This document shows positions 28,901 to 39,281 of a stretch of DNA of 64,000 nt, piece by piece. The notes beneath the pieces were generated by a model. It worked only from the letters and a program-made list of their open reading frames with translations, ran no database searches and had not been told where the DNA came from. The translations under genes and the position numbers were made by a program. Position 1 is the first letter of the stretch, and each line of letters starts with the position of its first letter. The stretch lies in IMG/VR virus record IMGVR_UViG_3300027730_000005; one strand, given 5' to 3'. This DNA is from a virus. Lineage: Duplodnaviria > Caudoviricetes.

Positions 28901-29349
28901 GCTGCTTTCCTTTGTGTCAAATATTGTTCCCACTGTACCCATTTATTCTTGACCAAGAATCCCCAATCACGTTGTTTGATACCTGGCATGAACAAGGTCC
29001 AGCATTGAATATCTGGATCCAGTTCAATCCTGTGATAGGTATTGGCCTTGGCTATACGGAAACTGCCTGCACCGCACCAACGAGCAATTTCACCCATTTT
29101 GCGACCTTGATTATCAAACTGTGGTTGCCATTCCCAATAGCCACCTTTCAAAATTAGTGTGGCAAAGGGCCATGGATGATCATGTACATCGTCCGGATCT
29201 GATTTCAAGAACTTATGCACAAAGATATTAAATGGAAACCAGTTGCGATCTTTGAGAAACACATAGTAGCGTTCCAAATAAGGCTCGTTGTCTACGCGAT
29301 CTTGAATAACACGATGCCGACCCAGTTTTTGAAAAATTTTCTTAATCAT
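28897..29349 (-). CDS. Cupin-like protein
   Basis: HDHPW...LILKGGYWE...YHRIEL. Confidence 0.65.
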   Translation of the reverse strand: MIKKIFQKLGRHRVIQDRVDNEPYLERYYVFLKDRNWFPFNIFVHKFLKSDPDDVHDHPWPFATLILKGGYWEWQPQFDNQGRKMGEIARWCGAGSFRIAKANTYHRIELDPDIQCWTLFMPGIKQRDWGFLVKNKWVQWEQYLTQRKAA

Positions 29350-29371
29350 TGATCAATTCCTTCATGATTGT

Positions 29372-29400
29372 ATTATACATGAACTGTGGTTATTGGGCAA
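29372..29400 (-). promoter_or_regulatory. Sigma70-type early promoter
   Basis: TTGCCC-N17-TATAAT. Confidence 0.75.
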
Positions 29401-29401
29401 G

Positions 29402-29429
29402 AAAAAACCCTGCATTGAGCAGGGTTTTT
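29402..29429. terminator. Intrinsic terminator, potentially bidirectional
   Basis: AAAAAACCCTGC-attga-GCAGGGTTTTT. Confidence 0.8.
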
Positions 29430-29452
29430 GGTGTGGAACCTAGTTAATAGGA

Positions 29453-29719
29453 TTAGACCAAACCAAGTGCCATTGCTCGGTAACCAGCAGCCACCAACTT
29501 GCGGCTGGGCTTGCCAATCACGTACTCAGTGACTTGCACACCATTGCCAGCTTTACGGTTGTTGGCATATACTGCAAATCCGGCTTGACGAACGCGGCTA
29601 ACTTCGGCGCTCATGTTCTTGATGCCAAAACGCTTTTCAGCAGCAGCAGGGGTCACTGCTTCGCCATTTTGCAAGGCGGTGAACAGTTTAAAAGTTTTGG
29701 TGTTTTCGCTAATACGCAT
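29453..29719 (-). CDS. Winged-helix/HTH-like small protein
   Basis: LQNGEAVT...RFGIKN.SAEVSRVRQAG; SD AGGAG. Confidence 0.55.
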   Translation of the reverse strand: MRISENTKTFKLFTALQNGEAVTPAAAEKRFGIKNMSAEVSRVRQAGFAVYANNRKAGNGVQVTEYVIGKPSRKLVAAGYRAMALGLV

Positions 29720-29763
29720 GTTTTTAATCTCCTGTAAAGTTGCTGTTGCCACAGCATGATCTT

Positions 29764-29792
29764 AGTATAAGCGATCTGTCATATCAATGCAA
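29764..29792 (-). promoter_or_regulatory. Sigma70-type promoter
   Basis: TTGCAT-N17-TATACT. Confidence 0.7.
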
Positions 29793-29869
29793 CATTTTTG
29801 GCAATCAATTTTGCCAAAATGTTTAGAAATAAACGGCGCACATAAATAACAATGTAACCGGAGGCACCC

Positions 29870-30301
29870 ATGTTACACACCATAACACAACCCAACGAAT
29901 ATCTACTGTCTTTGATAAAAGATGATCCTGTACGTCCAGAAATTCCTCTCAGCGACCGTGTGAATCACAACAGTCGAATTTATGTCTGGATGAATGGTGA
30001 CGAAACTGCTGCTGTGACTTGTGTAAAGTTTCTAGAGTCAGTTCCTGCTGCTGTGGAAGATATGGCCAACATGGTCGAGAGTGCCACCACAGCGGTATTT
30101 TATACCATCTGGAGTTATGCTGCCGGTGCTGGTCGTGTGTTGATCCAAGAAGCTCAAAAGAGCATAGAGACTGAATTTCCGGGCATACAGACCTATGTGA
30201 CCTTGAGTCCCAAAACCGAAATGGCTCGGCGTTTTCATCTCAAAAATGGTGCTCGAGAACTACGCGAAAATCTCAACACCATCAACTACATTTATAAGTG
30301 A
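29870..30301 (+). CDS. GNAT-like conserved phage protein
   Basis: FYTIWSYAAGAGRVLI...VTLSPKTEMARRFHLKNGA; TAAATA and GGAGG upstream. Confidence 0.55.
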   Translation: MLHTITQPNEYLLSLIKDDPVRPEIPLSDRVNHNSRIYVWMNGDETAAVTCVKFLESVPAAVEDMANMVESATTAVFYTIWSYAAGAGRVLIQEAQKSIETEFPGIQTYVTLSPKTEMARRFHLKNGARELRENLNTINYIYK

Positions 30302-30367
30302 TTAGATAAATAAAATACACACACATCACACACACTTTCTATATTCCACAAACTAATAGGAGGGTGT

Positions 30368-30889
30368 ATGTACCAGGAATATCTAATTTATTGGATCCAT
30401 AGCGATCAAGAAACCAGCATAGAAACACAAGGCTATGTTGGTATTACTAAAGACCTAACTCGCAGACTTAAAGAACACAGAAGAAAACACAACTTTCTGG
30501 ACAACAGAACGGTAGATGTTTTTCTTTATGGTGATAAACTCTATTGTAAACAAATAGAAAAATCATTGCGGCCTAAACGCAATGTTGGGCTAAACATTGC
30601 CGAAGGCGGTGGGCTCCCCCCAAATGTGAAGGGTATTAAACGGAGCATGGAAACCAGGGCCAAAATAAAAGCCAGCATGGTTGGGTTTAAGGGCCAAACA
30701 CATTCGGAAGAAACCAAAGCAAAGATGAGATCAGTAAAAAGAACTCCACATTTACATACAGAAGAAACTAAAAAACGGTTATCAGAGATTGCCAAAAATC
30801 GAACAACGCCCAATTCTATGTTAGGTAAAAAACATTCCCCTGAAACAATAGAAAAAATAAGGGCCAAGGCCAAAGCTCGATGGACATAA
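30368..30889 (+). mobile_element. Free-standing GIY-YIG homing endonuclease with NUMOD3 repeats
   Basis: YLIYW...GYVGIT..L.RRL.EH; H(S/T)EETK x2 and HSPET repeats. Confidence 0.85.
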
Positions 30890-30893
30890 AAAT

Positions 30894-30915
30894 GAAAGCC
30901 CCGCAAGGGGCTTTC
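30894..30915. terminator. GCAA-tetraloop hairpin between convergent genes
   Basis: GAAAGCCCC-GCAA-GGGGCTTTC. Confidence 0.8.
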
Positions 30916-31254
30916 TTATACTTGCTTGATATGTCTGCAATCACCGCGGAAACGAAATCCTGAGCAGGTACAACTATAGCTGCCATCAAGTTCTGTGACT
31001 TTGTACTCATCGCCTTTGCTACCTTTTACAGTCCAGGTACGGCCTTCGGGTTCTTTCAAACCAGTCGCAAACTGCACTGGATTCACCACAAACTTGCGAC
31101 CACGGGTATCAATACGGATAAAGTTTTTAAACGTTTTGATGTCGTCTGTGACGCGGGGCCGGAACGCATACATCTTGGTCTTGCTATCATCCAGCAAGTA
31201 GATGCCGTTGGGAACAGAGTCCTTGTAGTCGGTTGTTTCGGCAAACCATTTCAT
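30916..31254 (-). CDS. SWIM zinc-finger protein
   Basis: YSCTCSGFRFRGDCRHIK. Confidence 0.75.
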   Translation of the reverse strand: MKWFAETTDYKDSVPNGIYLLDDSKTKMYAFRPRVTDDIKTFKNFIRIDTRGRKFVVNPVQFATGLKEPEGRTWTVKGSKGDEYKVTELDGSYSCTCSGFRFRGDCRHIKQV

Positions 31255-31263
31255 TTTGATTCC

Positions 31264-31431
31264 TTAGCTGAGTCTACGGGCATTACGTTGATATTGATAT
31301 TCACGTCTAAGCCACCATTTGTATCGAACAAAGTATTCTTTAAAAGTATGGCGAGGTTGGCCGTATCCATCCAGCTCGTCGCAGTTTTCACGCCATAACT
31401 CAACCAACCAATGTCGAAATGACTGATTCAT
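31264..31431 (-). CDS. Small 55-aa protein not in the track (MNQSFRHWLVELW...NARRLS)
   Basis: Translated by hand; fills the gap. Confidence 0.6.
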   Translation of the reverse strand: MNQSFRHWLVELWRENCDELDGYGQPRHTFKEYFVRYKWWLRREYQYQRNARRLS

Positions 31432-31433
31432 GT

Positions 31434-31655
31434 TTAGTTCCCGCCTTTAGTAGAGATACTAGTGTTAACCAACAGATTGAACAGGAACTGTAGACCCCAC
31501 GCCTGAAGCCACGTGATCTCGTTGACGCCATTGATGGCACCAACCAAGCACCCGTTCCACAGCATCCAAACAGGCCAACTCAACAGGAAGGACAGCAAAA
31601 ACAGGCCTGCAATCACAGTAACGATTGTTCCAATGGTCTCAGAAATTTTTATCAT
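31434..31655 (-). CDS. Small membrane protein
   Basis: Two hydrophobic segments. Confidence 0.6.
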   Translation of the reverse strand: MIKISETIGTIVTVIAGLFLLSFLLSWPVWMLWNGCLVGAINGVNEITWLQAWGLQFLFNLLVNTSISTKGGN

Positions 31656-31676
31656 GATATTTTACTTTATGATTAA

Positions 31677-31949
31677 TTAAGCAACAGACAGCATGTTAGC
31701 AGGCACACGCCACAAGCCCTGCGGTGTACGCACGGTGACAAACTTGATAGCAATCTTGTCCACGGTGCCAACAAAAGTCAGACCATTTTTGGTGCTGGTG
31801 AATTTAACTGTGGCACCCAGCATGAGACTACGCTTGGTTTTTTGTGTGAGTTGAGCCCGAGCATATTTCACAGCGTCGATGATACTGGTCAATTGGTCGT
31901 TAGTAAAATTACCATGCAGGATTGCGGTGTTGATTGCTTTGATATCCAT
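31677..31949 (-). CDS. Hypothetical early protein with SH3/KOW-like C-terminus
   Basis: GATVKF...GTVDKIAIKFVTV...WRVPA; SD AAGGAG. Confidence 0.6.
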   Translation of the reverse strand: MDIKAINTAILHGNFTNDQLTSIIDAVKYARAQLTQKTKRSLMLGATVKFTSTKNGLTFVGTVDKIAIKFVTVRTPQGLWRVPANMLSVA

Positions 31950-31979
31950 CACAGACTCCTTTTTGCTGAACATGTGTAT

Positions 31980-32008
31980 ATTATAGCCGATCTTGTGTTT
32001 CTGGTCAA
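31980..32008 (-). promoter_or_regulatory. Early promoter cassette related to copies at 19.9-21.4 kb
   Basis: TTGACC-N17-TATAAT-ATACACAT. Confidence 0.85.
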
Positions 32009-32103
32009 CTAAAAAAGTTGTGGTTTTTTACAACAAAAATGAAGTTTTTAGCTGAAAATTTGTCTTTTTGTTATTTTGCTGACAACTTTAGTTGTAATTG
32101 GTG

Positions 32104-32520
32104 CTATTGATATAACCAACCTAAGTTGAGTTTTTGGTGCATCCAGGTAAACACTGGCACTGAAAACTCTAACTGCCAAATCCCATTCCAGCCTAGATAG
32201 TGTTGGCCGGGCAATTCGCTAGGTCCAGTTAAGTGTGCTGGGTAATCTGGCCTATACACTCCGGCCCACACAAATCGTGGATCAGTGATGCCAAAAAAAC
32301 TCACGCTCACAATTTCTACGGCTGTGGTGGGATCAGAATCCAATTTATCAACATGATGCACTTTTATTACCGTTTGATCAGTTGCAATAAAATCAAACTC
32401 AAAATCTTGAGTATGTGTTAACATTTGATCAACACTCTTACCGCCCGCAGTTATCACCACCCTTGGCCGATTTATCGGGCGCAATCTCAAACTCATTATG
32501 ACCTGATAATCAATAGCCAT
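32104..32520 (-). CDS. Hypothetical beta-sandwich protein
   Basis: Start MAIDYQ near the radical SAM stop. Confidence 0.55.
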   Translation of the reverse strand: MAIDYQVIMSLRLRPINRPRVVITAGGKSVDQMLTHTQDFEFDFIATDQTVIKVHHVDKLDSDPTTAVEIVSVSFFGITDPRFVWAGVYRPDYPAHLTGPSELPGQHYLGWNGIWQLEFSVPVFTWMHQKLNLGWLYQ

Positions 32521-33799
32521 GCTTATCCCAGACTGCTTCAAGTTCTGGGTACAATAATCTAGCATTGTAGCCATATAGTGAATCCCATTTACGGCAATGA
32601 TCTACCATGTGTGCCAGCAAGGCATCTGCTTGTTCAGGTTGGGGTGTAGACAAAATGTTCATGCACATCTGCGCCTGCTCTTTCACAATCAATGCATGAT
32701 TGTTCAGATCACTTGCATTGTAATCAACAGGCACTTTTATTTCTGCCAACTGATCTAGAAAGTGTTGATATTGATTGACATACTGTTTTTTTACATGATC
32801 TGGCAACAACACTGCATTTAAAAATGCTGGGCGGGTAACTGACAAACTTTTGACTATGAGATTTTTTTCCAAGCAATGTTGCAATAGTCCAACAAAATAA
32901 CCAATGGTTAACAAACTTATTGCAGGCCGCACTGTTAGTGTAATGTTATGATTGTTACAAAATGCTTGATAATTGTCAATATTTTTTAATACCTGTTGAG
33001 TGTCTGTGCCTTGGCGTTGATAAGCATTGTGCTCGTCTACCGTTTCTATGCTGACTTCAATTCCTACTCTCCTGAACAATTTTAATTTGTTTATCAACTG
33101 AGTATTAAACACTGTGCCATTGGTTACAAAACTTAAATTTAAATCCAGCCGATCATGCGCAATCATGTAGTCAACAAAATCTTCAAATCGTTTGGTTAGC
33201 AAAGTTTCGCCACCCATGAAATGTATGTTGTTTAGTTTGGGGATTGCAAGAAGTTGTTGCAGAAAGCTGTGCCAAACTTGTTCATCCTGAGTCCAGTCTG
33301 TACCAAGGTAAGGCCTAGAAGATTCAATGCCCCACTTTATCTGCTGACTGGCAATTTTACTTGATGCATTCGGACCGCACATTTTGCAAGCAAGATTGCA
33401 AAAGTTACCAAGGTCTATATGTATGTCAATTGGATGAGTATCAGTAATGCCAGATTGATTGAAATGTTTGAATCCTGGGCTTTGTACCACGCTCTGGACA
33501 AAGCTCTGTTTAAAAATTGCACTCTTTTGATTGCTCTTGATACGTCTGCTGTTACCACCAACTTGCTCTTCTCGATAACAAGTAGAGCATGCACTAACCG
33601 GATAATCTCCCAACACCTGCTGTCTAAATTGCTTGACCGGCTCACTATTAAACCAGTCTGATATGGTCATAGTGGCAATGTTGTAATTGCCAGAACTGTA
33701 TAACTTGTGTGATTCCTGGCAACAAATACCCAAGCTACCATCCCAATAGATGTGTAGCTCATACCACGGGGTATTACAAAAAATATTTTTATTGATCAC
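32510..33799 (-). CDS. Radical SAM protein with N-terminal SPASM/twitch-like domain
   Basis: [19 protein letters not shown]; FCNTPW...ICC...CSTC. Confidence 0.88.
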   Translation of the reverse strand: MINKNIFCNTPWYELHIYWDGSLGICCQESHKLYSSGNYNIATMTISDWFNSEPVKQFRQQVLGDYPVSACSTCYREEQVGGNSRRIKSNQKSAIFKQSFVQSVVQSPGFKHFNQSGITDTHPIDIHIDLGNFCNLACKMCGPNASSKIASQQIKWGIESSRPYLGTDWTQDEQVWHSFLQQLLAIPKLNNIHFMGGETLLTKRFEDFVDYMIAHDRLDLNLSFVTNGTVFNTQLINKLKLFRRVGIEVSIETVDEHNAYQRQGTDTQQVLKNIDNYQAFCNNHNITLTVRPAISLLTIGYFVGLLQHCLEKNLIVKSLSVTRPAFLNAVLLPDHVKKQYVNQYQHFLDQLAEIKVPVDYNASDLNNHALIVKEQAQMCMNILSTPQPEQADALLAHMVDHCRKWDSLYGYNARLLYPELEAVWDKHGY

Positions 33800-34379
33800 G
33801 ATTGGCTAGAATTTTATCAGCTAATCCGTATGCCACAGCTTGATCAGCTGTCATAAAGAAGTCACGTTCCATGTCTGACTCTAGCTCAGCATAAGATTTT
33901 CCAGTATGCTTGACATAGATATCAGTTAATACTTTTTTCCAACGTAGCAATTCACGTGCCTGGATTTCTACATCAGTGGCTTGCCCTGAGGCTCCTCCCA
34001 ATGGCTGATGAATCATATGACGTGCATTAGGTAAGATATACCGTTTTCCTGGTGCGCCAGCTGTTGCCAGCAATGATCCCATACTTGCTCCTTGCCCCAT
34101 CACAATAGTTGCAACATCAGGTTTGATAAACTGCATGGTGTCATAGATGGCCATGCCTGCGGTTACACTTCCGCCTGGTGAATTGATATACAAGCTGATT
34201 TCTTTGTCTGGATTGTCTGCTTCAAGAAATAACAACTGGGCACAGATCAAGCTGGAACTGTGTCCGTTGACTTCGCCGTCCAGCATGACCACACGATCAC
34301 GTAACAGTCGACTGTAGATATCATAACTGCGTTCGCCTTTGGAGGTTTGCTCGAGAACTATGGGTACTAGACTTGACAT
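33789..34379 (-). CDS. clpP: ATP-dependent Clp protease proteolytic subunit
   Basis: [39 protein letters not shown]. Confidence 0.95.
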   Translation of the reverse strand: MSSLVPIVLEQTSKGERSYDIYSRLLRDRVVMLDGEVNGHSSSLICAQLLFLEADNPDKEISLYINSPGGSVTAGMAIYDTMQFIKPDVATIVMGQGASMGSLLATAGAPGKRYILPNARHMIHQPLGGASGQATDVEIQARELLRWKKVLTDIYVKHTGKSYAELESDMERDFFMTADQAVAYGLADKILANRDQ

Positions 34380-35359
34380 GGTATTCCTTGTTTGATTTTT
34401 ATCCACTGACCTTGTACATAATCAGTGAAGTGATGTTTATTGTATAGGATTTTTTCCTGCAAAGCAAGATATTTGGCTTGCCAATATTTAGGAGTTTGCT
34501 CACATAACACTGCTAAAAAGTTTGCAATGTTATCCGGATTTGTTAAATCCAACTGTGTGATGTCTGTGAAATCTTGAATGTAAGATTCAAATCCACGGTC
34601 TTGTAACCATTGAGTACCACCATCAGGATCGTATACCAAGAATGGTCTACATCCTACTATGGGTTTGTAAATCTTTTCACTCACAAATCCTGAACGATTT
34701 ATGTCGTATATAGTTTCGGTAACAATGTTGACCAAATGCCGTTGCCAATTTTTAATATGTCCCAGACTCGCAATGTCATTGGGCGGCCCGTAGTGTTCTC
34801 GTCCTGGGTTAGGTGCTAACGTATCTGGTTCTCGATCAGTATCAAGTAGAATCTCTGCTTGACCGTTGACTCCTCCCATGCTTACTATTCCATGTTTGAC
34901 AATATCCATTGATTCCAACTGTTTGTACAGTTTGCGCCTGTGCAAATGTGGTTTGCGATTCAAACACATATAGGCTGTGTTGATTTGAGTTGCGTCTAGT
35001 AATATGTCTTGGGCAGGTGGATTTAAATAATGTTCTACAAACAATGCACAGAAATCCACAGCATGTTTGCCTGGATAGTACCCCACTGTTAAAATCTCAC
35101 AGTCAAACTCATTGTACCATGATTGTTGTGGTATAGCTTGATCCAGCATAGCTACCAGTATAATTCTATCTACTGGATTAGATTTCAGCCAAGCCAACAC
35201 TTGCTGATGATACTCATTGGTGTACCACACTGAGTTTATAACCACAGTTTGACTCAAGTCTATTGCAATATGTTGTAACAAACTATCAACTATACTTTGT
35301 TCAAATTGTTTAAGAGGCAAATGATTACCCCACCCATTGTCAAATTTTTGTATAATCAT
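34367..35359 (-). CDS. Glycosyltransferase-like protein (ET..SEKIYKP family)
   Basis: NIVTET...[18 protein letters not shown]. Confidence 0.55.
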   Translation of the reverse strand: MIIQKFDNGWGNHLPLKQFEQSIVDSLLQHIAIDLSQTVVINSVWYTNEYHQQVLAWLKSNPVDRIILVAMLDQAIPQQSWYNEFDCEILTVGYYPGKHAVDFCALFVEHYLNPPAQDILLDATQINTAYMCLNRKPHLHRRKLYKQLESMDIVKHGIVSMGGVNGQAEILLDTDREPDTLAPNPGREHYGPPNDIASLGHIKNWQRHLVNIVTETIYDINRSGFVSEKIYKPIVGCRPFLVYDPDGGTQWLQDRGFESYIQDFTDITQLDLTNPDNIANFLAVLCEQTPKYWQAKYLALQEKILYNKHHFTDYVQGQWIKIKQGIPCQV

Positions 35360-36377
35360 GTGTTGTTAAATTAATTTGATGATTGCAAATTTTTGAAAGA
35401 TGTTGTCTATTGTGCATGGCAATTTTGTGGGCCTGTGTTAAAACTTCAAGTTGGTCACTACGGCTGCATTCTAATAGTCTATTCATGCTTTTACGCATGA
35501 GTTCCCAACGTGCTGGACCTTGATATAGGTCATAACTTTCGTCCCAAATTTCACTGTAGGTACGGAATCCTAAACTGCGTAATCTTGCAAGATAATATTG
35601 TGGCCCGTACACCAGGATGGGTTTAGCAGCCATGAGTGGACGGATGGTTTTTTCTGTGGGAAAAAAAGTATTGCCTTGCGTAAAAGTTTCACATACAATC
35701 TCAACAGCAAACCGATTGTAATATTGTAACAGACTGGTATTGGTATCTACCCAGCCCATTGGATTGCTAAATTGATCTCTTACTGATTTAGAGTCAACAC
35801 TGGTTATATGATTTCCGTTAAACCAATCAAACAAGTCCACTTGTTTATGCAACGGGAACCAGCTAGATATGATCTCAAGATTATGCTGATGCTGATCTGG
35901 GACTCTCCATGGAAATTCTTGCATAAGGCTGGCAAAAATTTGTCCGCTAATAGAACCTGTGCCAGCCCGCATTAAATTATAAAGTATTGCAGCACGACTC
36001 ATGGTCAACCGCCCAATGAATATACCAAATGGTTGTTGATATTGTAATTGTTGTTCTAGTGTAGGTTCGGTGTGTTGCCAATACTCACGCACCATGGTAA
36101 AAAAATGACTTATCTTGCTGCATCTAACACGCTGATATGGCACAAATTCAACAGGATTGCACCATCTCAGTATCTGTACAGTGTACGGTGATTGTTGCCT
36201 ATTTTTGAGCCAATCATTTACTACTGCGGTAACACCAAACAATTCCAAGCTAGGACCTTCGCTATGCAGGTCTAATACCAAAGGTTCTCCTTGCGGATGT
36301 TGATTCAATTGCTGTTGAAATTGCACTGGATTGGTCCACCAATCACCAATGAATTCCACTGATATGGGTTTTGTCAT
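35340..36377 (-). CDS. Glycosyltransferase-like protein (same family)
   Basis: EIVCET...TEKTIRPLMAAKPILVYG...LGFRTY..IWDESYD. Confidence 0.55.
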   Translation of the reverse strand: MTKPISVEFIGDWWTNPVQFQQQLNQHPQGEPLVLDLHSEGPSLELFGVTAVVNDWLKNRQQSPYTVQILRWCNPVEFVPYQRVRCSKISHFFTMVREYWQHTEPTLEQQLQYQQPFGIFIGRLTMSRAAILYNLMRAGTGSISGQIFASLMQEFPWRVPDQHQHNLEIISSWFPLHKQVDLFDWFNGNHITSVDSKSVRDQFSNPMGWVDTNTSLLQYYNRFAVEIVCETFTQGNTFFPTEKTIRPLMAAKPILVYGPQYYLARLRSLGFRTYSEIWDESYDLYQGPARWELMRKSMNRLLECSRSDQLEVLTQAHKIAMHNRQHLSKICNHQINLTTHDYTKI

Positions 36378-36406
36378 CTTAATACTTATGTTCCACTAAA
36401 TACCAC

Positions 36407-38002
36407 ATGAGATATTTACTAGACCGATTAGACAGATTAGTATTACCACTTGCCGAAGGTGTGGGCCTGGCCAATCGTAAACCTGGCGAAAAATTCAAAA
36501 ATTCTGTAGGTGACATTATTACCTTCCAAAACTTAGAATTTTATCCTACCTCGGGACGATTCAACACTCCTGACGAATTGCAAGCCGGTGTAGATGCCAT
36601 GTTGGCAGATAAACAAGTTCCAGCTACTCAAATACATTGGGTCAATCAACCAACCAAAAGTGCAGGTGCATTCAGTATTGCTACTTTCGCTGGTGAAGAT
36701 GGTACTCCTTACTACCTAGGCCGATGGGCTGGTGCAACTAGTGCAAATCGTACACAAAACAAATTTGCACACGACGACATTCCTGGTGGTTTTAAATATC
36801 AAAGCCGCGCAGGACAAAAAGAAAACTCTGGACTCAAACCCAGCGAATGGTTGACACAGTTTCAGGACAATACTCCCGACTCTATACTGTCACAAGTTCA
36901 ACAACATTTTGGTGCTGATAGCGATGAAGCTAATGCACTTGAGATCTTTATCAACTCAGATATTCCATGTACAGTGCCGCGTGGCAATATGAATCCCGAT
37001 GCTTTCCGTGATTACTTTGCTGAAGTGCTACAACCTATTGCTCTAGTAACAGGCAAACGAGTAGGCGGCAATGCTGAAGAAGCTGCTGATATATTCTTTG
37101 GTGAAGGTGGTTACAGTGAATGTACCATCAGCTTCAACAGCAATACCATTGGCGGATTATACGACAGCTTGTTGGTCAATCCTGAAGGTAAACAAATCAA
37201 ACTCAGTAGCAAGGGCAAAGACGGCGCTTCGGCGTCGGTCACAAACTTGTTGAAATCTGTAAATGAACTATCAGTCACGCCCAAGGGTCAAAAACTATTG
37301 ACCACACACAAAGATGCCATAGAACTGTTAAACATCATCCAGCAGGACGGTCACTTTGGTGCACCGCTGACTCTGGGTGTAAAATATGGCATCATTACTC
37401 CTGAAGAAGCTGCACAAATTCCACAACTTAAGAAACTTGGACCAACTGACGATATCGTTGGTACAGGCATCCTGAGTCCTCACTTGGAAGAACTGTACAG
37501 TCGACGCAAAAGCAAAGATCCCAAACGTGTGATTCCCCTGGAGCATATGACCGCCAGTATTGCTTACAATGTGGCCAACTACGTGAACAAAAATACTAAC
37601 TTTGGTAAAGCTGCTTCGGAGATCCTAAACAATGCAGCCTTGGTGCAGATGTACACTTATACTTCTCACACTGACCAAACTATCACCATCAGCAAGTCGG
37701 AAGCAAAATACCCTAGCGACACAGTGAATGGTGTATTGTTGGATGCCAGCAAAGTTTATTTTAGCACAGGCGGCAAAGGTAACTTTACTTTTACCATTCT
37801 CAAGAACGGTGCCACAGAGAAAGATGTTAATCCAATAGATGCTGTGGACAGTCTAGATGATCAACCACCTGCTGCTACCAGTGCAGCTGATCTAGATGCC
37901 GAAGCTGAGAAACCCAGATTGGCCGGTCCTGGAGCAAAAGCAGCCAGAACCAGTCGCGAACCCAGAATGGATCGTGCCACCCTGGGTCGCGAACTTCGTT
38001 AA
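36407..38002 (+). CDS. Large late hypothetical protein, possible internal head protein with nuclease-like motif
   Basis: 531 aa; TAAATA 4 nt before ATG; N-terminal L-A-E; LYDS...IKLSSK. Confidence 0.6.
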   Translation: MRYLLDRLDRLVLPLAEGVGLANRKPGEKFKNSVGDIITFQNLEFYPTSGRFNTPDELQAGVDAMLADKQVPATQIHWVNQPTKSAGAFSIATFAGEDGTPYYLGRWAGATSANRTQNKFAHDDIPGGFKYQSRAGQKENSGLKPSEWLTQFQDNTPDSILSQVQQHFGADSDEANALEIFINSDIPCTVPRGNMNPDAFRDYFAEVLQPIALVTGKRVGGNAEEAADIFFGEGGYSECTISFNSNTIGGLYDSLLVNPEGKQIKLSSKGKDGASASVTNLLKSVNELSVTPKGQKLLTTHKDAIELLNIIQQDGHFGAPLTLGVKYGIITPEEAAQIPQLKKLGPTDDIVGTGILSPHLEELYSRRKSKDPKRVIPLEHMTASIAYNVANYVNKNTNFGKAASEILNNAALVQMYTYTSHTDQTITISKSEAKYPSDTVNGVLLDASKVYFSTGGKGNFTFTILKNGATEKDVNPIDAVDSLDDQPPAATSAADLDAEAEKPRLAGPGAKAARTSREPRMDRATLGRELR

Positions 38003-38577
38003 CGTTGAAATTCAGATATTGAATCGCAGATGTTTAGTTTCAATGCATCATGGGCATCTAGCCAAACATCGTGTGGCGGCAATAGTTTGGATTTAATCAC
38101 TGCGTCAGTTAGCCCTGTACAATCTTTGTAGTGCTGAATCATGCGTTTTTGCGTGAGCTCAAATTCACGTATGGTTGCAAACAATTCGTGTGCTTTGCCG
38201 TCACTGCCCCAACTGAACTGATGACTTAAGATACTGGTGTTAGGTGTGAGTGTGCGTCGTCCCGGTGTTCCTGCTAGAAATATCAACAATCCAGCTGATG
38301 CAATCTGTCCCAATCCTACTGTTTTTATACTCAACTTGGAACTACGCATGACGTCGATCAGTGCAAAGGCTGAGCTCATGTCACCGCCTTCACTGCAAAT
38401 ACTTAAAACTAGTTCTTTACGTCTCTGGGTTCTTACAAAGTTTTCATGCAGTATCCATTCAATCGCTGGCTTTACAGTATCAGTGTCAATTGGCCCCATC
38501 AACACAAATATGCCAGCGGCATGCAAGTGTTGTGAGTGCGTCCAAGTGCTGGTATCCGTTGTTGCCGTTGTTGCCAT
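37999..38577 (-). CDS. Second, divergent ClpP-like protease
   Basis: ICSEGGD, GQIASAG, LSHQ, HDVWL (Ser-His-Asp present). Confidence 0.85.
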   Translation of the reverse strand: MATTATTDTSTWTHSQHLHAAGIFVLMGPIDTDTVKPAIEWILHENFVRTQRRKELVLSICSEGGDMSSAFALIDVMRSSKLSIKTVGLGQIASAGLLIFLAGTPGRRTLTPNTSILSHQFSWGSDGKAHELFATIREFELTQKRMIQHYKDCTGLTDAVIKSKLLPPHDVWLDAHDALKLNICDSISEFQR

Positions 38578-38586
38578 ATCACATAC

Positions 38587-38733
38587 TTATTTGATAGTAA
38601 GCTGATCAAGATATTCACGTAGAATATTTTCAATCAACTGATTCAAAGTAATATCTTGTTCATGTGCCCGCAGCATTAGCTGATACAACAGTTCTTCTTC
38701 AATTTCAATTTCAATGTTTTCACGTTTGCTCAT
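38587..38733 (-). CDS. Ribbon-helix-helix-like small protein
   Basis: IEIEIEEELLYQL...DITLNQLIENILREY; SD GGAGG. Confidence 0.55.
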   Translation of the reverse strand: MSKRENIEIEIEEELLYQLMLRAHEQDITLNQLIENILREYLDQLTIK

Positions 38734-38734
38734 A

Positions 38735-38953
38735 TTAACCTCCAAAATATTTAATGACCACATCCAAGGCTGCAATAGTTTGAGTATTGCCGACCACATC
38801 TTCAGGATGTAGCCAATAGCCGTCGGGATTAGTATCAGACCTGGGATTCTTTTTCCATTGTGCTAGTTCTTTTTTAAGATACGCACGGCAGTCTTTGAGA
38901 TTGCACAGTGTAATACCGTCAGCAACTTCTGCATCTAATTCAATTTTTTTCAT
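38735..38953 (-). CDS. Hypothetical protein
   Basis: TAATG-coupled. Confidence 0.6.
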   Translation of the reverse strand: MKKIELDAEVADGITLCNLKDCRAYLKKELAQWKKNPRSDTNPDGYWLHPEDVVGNTQTIAALDVVIKYFGG

Positions 38954-39171
38954 TATTCGACTCCGAAATGTTCTCTAATCAAATTGTATGCTTGACCACG
39001 GCTAACCATATCACGCAACATAGGACTTAGTGCTACACTACATTCCCGCACAATCAACTCGGCAAACTTTTCTCTATCAAATTTGGCATAACTGCTGGCA
39101 TAACCTTGTGGACCTACCATTTCTACAATCGATGTAGCCTGTTCAGCAAGTTCTCGAATTCGTTCGTTCAT
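38953..39171 (-). CDS. MNERI/EKFAELIV-family small protein
   Basis: Ends EHFGVE. Confidence 0.7.
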   Translation of the reverse strand: MNERIRELAEQATSIVEMVGPQGYASSYAKFDREKFAELIVRECSVALSPMLRDMVSRGQAYNLIREHFGVE

Positions 39172-39278
39172 TACATATAATCCTGAGGGTGTTCATCTTT
39201 TGACTGTGTGTCTAAGTATTGAAAGAATTTTACAAGACCATAAACACCAACCACAAACCAAAATAATTCAACAATCAT
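39171..39278 (-). CDS. Small 35-aa membrane peptide not in the track (MIVELFWFVVGVYGLVKFFQYLDTQSKDEHPQDYM)
   Basis: SD AAGGAG; TAATG-coupled to the next gene. Confidence 0.65.
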   Translation of the reverse strand: MIVELFWFVVGVYGLVKFFQYLDTQSKDEHPQDYM

Positions 39279-39281
39279 ACT

